DNA of 64,000 nt from Raillietiella orientalis. Its lineage: Eukaryota. The translations under genes and the position numbers were made by a program. The stretch spans positions 1,364,001 to 1,428,000 of the forward strand of contig JAYWIR010000028.1 of the NCBI GenBank assembly GCA_036172245.1, in the 5' to 3' direction. Positions 59,069 to 64,000 of the stretch are shown here, in pieces (within the stretch, counting starts at the first letter, position 1; each line of letters begins with the position of its first letter). The notes under the pieces were generated by a model, which was given only the letters and a program-made list of their open reading frames with translations, did no database searches and had not been told where the DNA came from.

Positions 59069-59111
<43 letters not shown>
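56812..59111. repeat. Microsatellite cluster: (GT)n ~56812-56838, (TG)n ~58500-58526, (CT)n ~58677-58711, (TAT)n ~59070-59111
   Basis: Read directly. Further (TA)n tracts lie near 41100, 55780, 62000 and 63770, with many long homopolymers from 53 kb onward. Confidence 0.9.
58855..59035 (+). CDS. raw: Exon of a Raw-like protein (nucleoside 2-deoxyribosyltransferase-like domain); partial gene
   Basis: ctcag|...YDVFLGGSCNPTTWRKDIAVPLLELWRFTYFNP|gtaat matches the Drosophila Raw motif VFLGGSCNPTTWR...YNP. Phase-compatible upstream candidates are 58721-58811 (43-nt intron) or 56872-56927 (MTSDSFMAEG..., GTGAGT donor). The downstream exon was not found in the window. Confidence 0.85.
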
Positions 59112-59991
59112 GTCATTGTCATGATTATTGTTTTCAGTGCTTTGTTCACTAGCAATTAGGAATTATTCGTGACGAGTCTTAAAGAAAGTAACAACTGTCC
59201 CGAAAGCTGAAAATGCAAATCACTGCTTGCAAACCCCCAAAAGTCGACAAATGTTGCGAGTGTGCACGTTGGAAGTGTGTGTTTCAAGTTGTGCATAATG
59301 ACACAGCTCTATGCAAAAGCAAATTACGTGCTCACGCATCTCGGGCGAAGAAATGGCACGGGAAGAACTCAGCCAAAGTTCCGGTGTCTGCTGTGAAGAT
59401 CGGTCCAGCAGCATCCATCATAAATCCAGGGATAGGTTTAACCGCAGTGGTTTCGATCCGCAGGCTTAATTTATTACTACGTGGGCCGACGTCCCTTGCA
59501 GATACAGAATTGAATTCTTTTGATGATAAGTTCGTTATGTGGTAGCAAAAAAAAGCACCACAGTTATCGTGTTGTGGATTGCGATGCGATTCCGGCGCAT
59601 CTGTCGCGTGGTTTTTTTTTTTTTTTTTTCCTTTCTTTCTTTCTTTCACTCTTATGCTTTTCTTTCGTGCCGATCGCATACAAAAAGCATCCCTGTACAC
59701 GGAAATTTGGATCCTCGACGTATTTTAGCGTTTTCATTTGTAAATCAACATTTCGATTATGCTGTTTTCATTTGATGCGATAGAATTTGTAATGCTTTCC
59801 GTATCATTGGCATTCACAAATGTGGCATTGTGGTTTTTCGGTTCTCATGTGGCTGCCGTGTCTGTTTCGGAATGAAAACGTCTACGGAGTGTTACCGATG
59901 ACGTCGACCACTCGCAATTTTTTTTATGAATCGTTTACAGGTTGCGTGTTTGCAGTGAAATGCGGTCGTGCACGCAAACTGTACGATCTTA

Positions 59992-60762
59992 CAATTCCTT
60001 GCAGCACTTTCGTGCACGATCGCAGGAACAAGCCGTGCGGGTTCGTTAACTAGGGGGTCATCAAGGACGTGGTTTCCCGGTTGACACACCCGGATGCGCA
60101 TGGGTCCCCCCCCAGCTTGGAGGATGGTGGGTCGCTGCGAGACTTGCAAGCACGAGGTCCTTTTTCTGTCCTTTGTTCTTCCTTGCAATTCCTTGCAGCA
60201 CTTTCGTGCACGATCGCAGGAACAAGCCGTGCGGGTTCGTTAACTAGGGGGTCATCAAGGACGTGGTTTCCCGGTTGACACACCTGGATGCTCATGGGTC
60301 CCCCCCCAGCTTGGAGGATGGTGGGTCGCTGCGAGACTTGCAAGCACGAGGTCCTTTTTCTGTCCTTTGTTCTTCCTTGCAATTCCTTGCAGCACTTTCG
60401 TGCACGATCGCAGGAACAAGCCGTGCGGGTTCGTTAACTAGGGGGTCATCAAGGACGTGGTTTCCCGGTTGACACACCCGGATGCTCATGGGTCCCCCCC
60501 CAGCTTGGAGGATGGTGGGTCGCTGCGAGACTTGCAAGCACGAGGTCCTTTTTCTGTCCTTTGTTCTTCCTTGCAATTCCTTGCAGCACTTTCGTGCACG
60601 ATCGCAGGAACAAGCCGTGCGGGTTCGTTAACTAGGGGGTCATCAAGGACGTGGTTTCCCGGTTGACACACCCGGATGCGCATGGGTCTCCCCCCAGCTT
60701 GGAGGATGGTGGGTCGCTGCGAGACTTGCAAGCACGAGGTCCTTTTTCTGTCCTTTGTTCTT
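59992..60762. repeat. Tandem array of ~4 x 194-bp near-identical units
   Basis: Units start at 59992, 60186, 60380 and 60574 (caattccttgcagcactttcgtgcacg...). Differences are limited to a few substitutions around cacc[c/t]ggatgc[g/t]catgggtc. Confidence 0.97.
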
Positions 60763-63708
60763 TCGTTCAGATAAGAATGGATGCGTTTATCTGGCATCAG
60801 TACCAACATTCGTTTCTTATCGGTTTCGGCTCCCAGACACAGTAAAGAGCACTTAGTTGAGAGTGTTTGAAATAAGGTGCTCTACTCGATTTTTTTTTAG
60901 TTTCAATGGAACCATATTTTTTTCTTGTGAAGTTGGGTCAAATCGCCAAAATACAATGTGGGAGCACAAAGCTGTGTTTAATGCTCTTTTGTTTTCATTT
61001 GCCCTGTTTGCTCAGGGTTTTTTTTTTTTTTTGCCTTGTGAATTCAAACAGTATTTCTTTACGCACATATGTTCTAATTCATTGAAAGCTTGGGGATGAA
61101 AAACCCTCTCCTTGTTTCATCCTAAAAACCAGTGGTTTGTTACTTTATGGTAACTTCTGAAATTTAATTTAAAATAATAAATACGGGGAAAAAATAAATG
61201 AGAAAAAAAAAAACATTGGTCTCCTTCTGAAAGAATGTATGAAAATATTGCGCCATTTTATTTGAGGAAAGTTGCGAGCGTCCTTTCTCTTTACGTCCTT
61301 GTTGAATTCGTCCAAGTTCGTATTTCGTGCAATATCCTTTTTGAGGATTATTTATCCCAACTTTCCATTTCTTCCGTGCAGCGCGCGTCCTCATTTGTAA
61401 TGCATCCGTCGAATGAAAATGGGGGAACGGCCCTAGTGGGAAGACATGGGTTTTGGCATATCAGTGGGATCTGTCGGATCCGTTCTTTGGGTGAAATTCT
61501 CGGTGAATGTCGAATCTTGAAATAGGAAGTTTGTTTTCTGGCCGAACCGAGTTTTCTTCTTCTTTTCAACGGTCCGTCGAAATGCACGGCTGGGTGGGAA
61601 TGACGCGAAGACGTCTGAAGAGTTTCATTTGCAGGGCGAACGAAGGATTCCATCAAAAAATCGTCAAATGTTCGGAATTGTTCCCTTTCGCAAGCGTCCT
61701 GGCCCGGTACTGAGTACGACTGTGTACACAAAACTCTGTTACAGCAAAACAGATCGGGAAAGTGGGTGAAAGGCAAGAACAAACGGGTTTGGCAATGGAG
61801 ATGACAGTATCGTATTTCATTATGTTAATTCAAAGGCAATATGCCTACTTCTTCAAGAATAGTACACATAATTACGGAGGACGGTATTTAATGAAGAGAG
61901 TGCAGCGTACTTTTCGTATCTTATCTGGTGAACGTGCGAAATTTATTTAATGTACAAAATCTATTGATTCCTCGTGGTTACTCTTTAAAATATATATACA
62001 TATATATATATATATATAGCCCTCTTGTGTTTGATATTAAGATCGACACAGGTAGACTGTTTGTAATTTGAGATCCATAGGGGAAAATGAATGGCTTGTG
62101 CTGCCCTCAGTATCACAGCAGGTTGAACATACGAAGTCAGCGGCGCTGATGGAATCGTTGACGTTCCTCTGCAAATGAATTTTCAATTTTTTGATAGTGA
62201 GGGATAGCATCCCGTAGCAGCCAGCAACCTCCTGAGGCTCGAATAGCTGCAAAGTTTTAAGCCTCGAACACGTGCACGTGCACGGTTTTCAGGTTAACTG
62301 ATATCCATTTGAAGGCGGCAAATATTTGAAGCAACCGGGAAAATTGGTTCGATAGAATGATAGATGCAGAGAGGCCGATTTCTGATTCTATACGATCGTT
62401 AACTCTAGAACTTGGCGAGCTCTCATAACTGTCAACATATCAATAGCACGGAAGTCCAGAAGCTGAAGAAGCCGCCCAAAAATTCTCACGCAGATAAAAA
62501 AAACTACGATTTCAAGGATTGTCAACAAATTACGAATAAATAATTTTGCAGAAGCCTTAGATGCGCCCTGCCTTGCTGATATTCTTCGTATTTGTGCGTC
62601 ATACATGCGAATGCCCAAAGTGTTGCCAAAAGAGTTTCATCAGTCTAGTTAAGGAAGTTTTATATAAGCTTCAGACAAGGCGTTCCAAGTTCATTTCACA
62701 AAATTCACACGCGCGAAAGAATTCGGGTTTACTGGTTTTGGCCTCTGGTGGTGGTAGAAAGAGTGTTGGGTATCCTGCAGGACCAGAAGCTCATTTTCTG
62801 TGGTTTTCCAAAGTGGTGTTGCAATCCAGACTCTGCATGAATATTCCTTCCATACTTCGGAGGTGTTTCCTTGTGTACGTGCTCCCTGGGATGTACCATA
62901 CCGATTTGGATCAATTGGAGAACTGTTGGGCATTCATTCTCATTCTGCCTACCAAAGTAGGAAAGGCTTCCGCCTCGGTCTTCATCACGCAAGCGAGGCT
63001 CCCTTCAGAAATCCCGCAACGGCGGTTTCTTCACCTCCTCGGCAGGTGCTTTGCAGATGCCCTAACCGCAGCTGCATCTCAGTGCAGAGTGACCGATCTT
63101 CCCGCCGAAAATCGGCTTGCAGATCTTGGTCTTTCGCTCCGTTACACCGAGCATCTGCATCGCATTCTACGGCCCGAGTAGGTTCTGCCCTACTCGACGA
63201 AAGTAAGAGCGTGTGCGTGCCTCGTTCTGCCAACTCTGTGAACACTTTGTTCCTCTTTCGTTTGTCGACCATGCAATTTATGCCGCCATGTTTTGTAATC
63301 TAAACAGTTGTTTTCAGCAGCTGAAGTCTGGTTGCTTATTGGGACTTCCTTGCCCGGCTTCTTCTCGAGTACATTGGGGCCGTTGCCAGGGAGTACCGTG
63401 GTTTTTGAAAACCGAGTGGAATCTCGGCAGCATCTTCGTCCATCGTCCCGGTATAGAAAAGTGTTCTGACCTATAGGGTTTCCGTAAAGGCTTCAGCAAG
63501 TGTTGAACACGTCGTGGCGTGTCCGAACTTTTGGCAGTTGAGATGTGAGCGCGCGAAGTCGCTGAAGACGAACGGTCTCTCTTCTTTTGTACTCAAAGTT
63601 TCGATCCAACCAATGTAACGAATTGCTTTTGCGCTCTCTTTGTGGAGAATAAAAATTCCGGCGGTTGTGGGACTTTGGTTGGGAATGTTTTCCTTTCAGC
63701 TCTTCCAA

Positions 63709-63762
63709 AATTTCACTTCTGAATATATATATATATATATATATATATTCAGAAGTGAAATT
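63709..63762. repeat. Perfect 54-bp palindrome with a (TA)12 core
   Basis: aatttcacttctgaa-(ta)12-ttcagaagtgaaatt. Both strands translate to NFTSEYIYIYIYIFRSEI in the ORF track. Confidence 0.95.
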
Positions 63763-63769
63763 ATGCACT

Positions 63770-63804
<35 letters not shown>

Positions 63805-64000
63805 GTGCATATGTTTATTTTTCGTTTTGAATTTGTGTGTGTGTTTTTTACTTCTAGTCTGTTTGTTTGTTTTTCGAAACTTGTTTTCGTGATTCTTTTG
63901 TGTTTTTTGTTCCGAGTGTCTTTGTCGGTACGATATTGCATTTTTGGTTTACTTTTCGTCTTCGAAAAGCTTCGAGTATTCAGAAGATGAGACCATTTGA

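Noticed and set aside
59992..60762. CRISPR array, repeat-encoded protein or hammerhead ribozyme in the 194-bp repeat
   Set aside because: There are no unique spacers or cas genes, and the context is eukaryotic. 194 is not a multiple of 3. The minus-strand TTGATGA...CGAAC lacks the CUGAUGA/GAAA core and stem II.
62561..63500. Possible integrase/transposase remnant (HGTPWQRPQC) and a 206-aa ORF
   Set aside because: Only a vague resemblance to the integrase TPYHPQ motif; no DDE context, LTR or TIR seen.

Overview
Eukaryotic (animal, most likely arthropod) genomic DNA with spliceosomal genes that the ORF track only shows in fragments. By splicing by hand I reconstructed four genes with in-frame exons: a 2-exon cAMP-dependent protein kinase inhibitor (PKI, +, 18291-18575); a 12-exon smoothened (-, 24979-18769, 880 aa); a 7-exon coronin (-, 38650-36204, 487 aa, plus a candidate 21-nt microexon); and LSm2 (+, 54053-54438, start exon uncertain). 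There is also one clear exon of a raw-like NDT-domain gene (+, 58855-59035). Many introns are only 39-49 nt. PKI and smo sit tail-to-tail with predicted overlapping 3'UTRs. The Smo tail carries its own PKI-like pseudosubstrate, PKA/CK1 clusters and tandem LC8-type QT motifs. Other features: a U2 snRNA fragment, a decayed LINE-like RT piece, a MITE-like remnant, a 4x194-bp tandem array, palindromes and microsatellites. The left ~17.8 kb is GC-rich to coding-like but has no intact ORF that I can identify. I see no prokaryotic system, CRISPR array, rRNA or tRNA. Homology calls come from recalled family motifs, not database searches.
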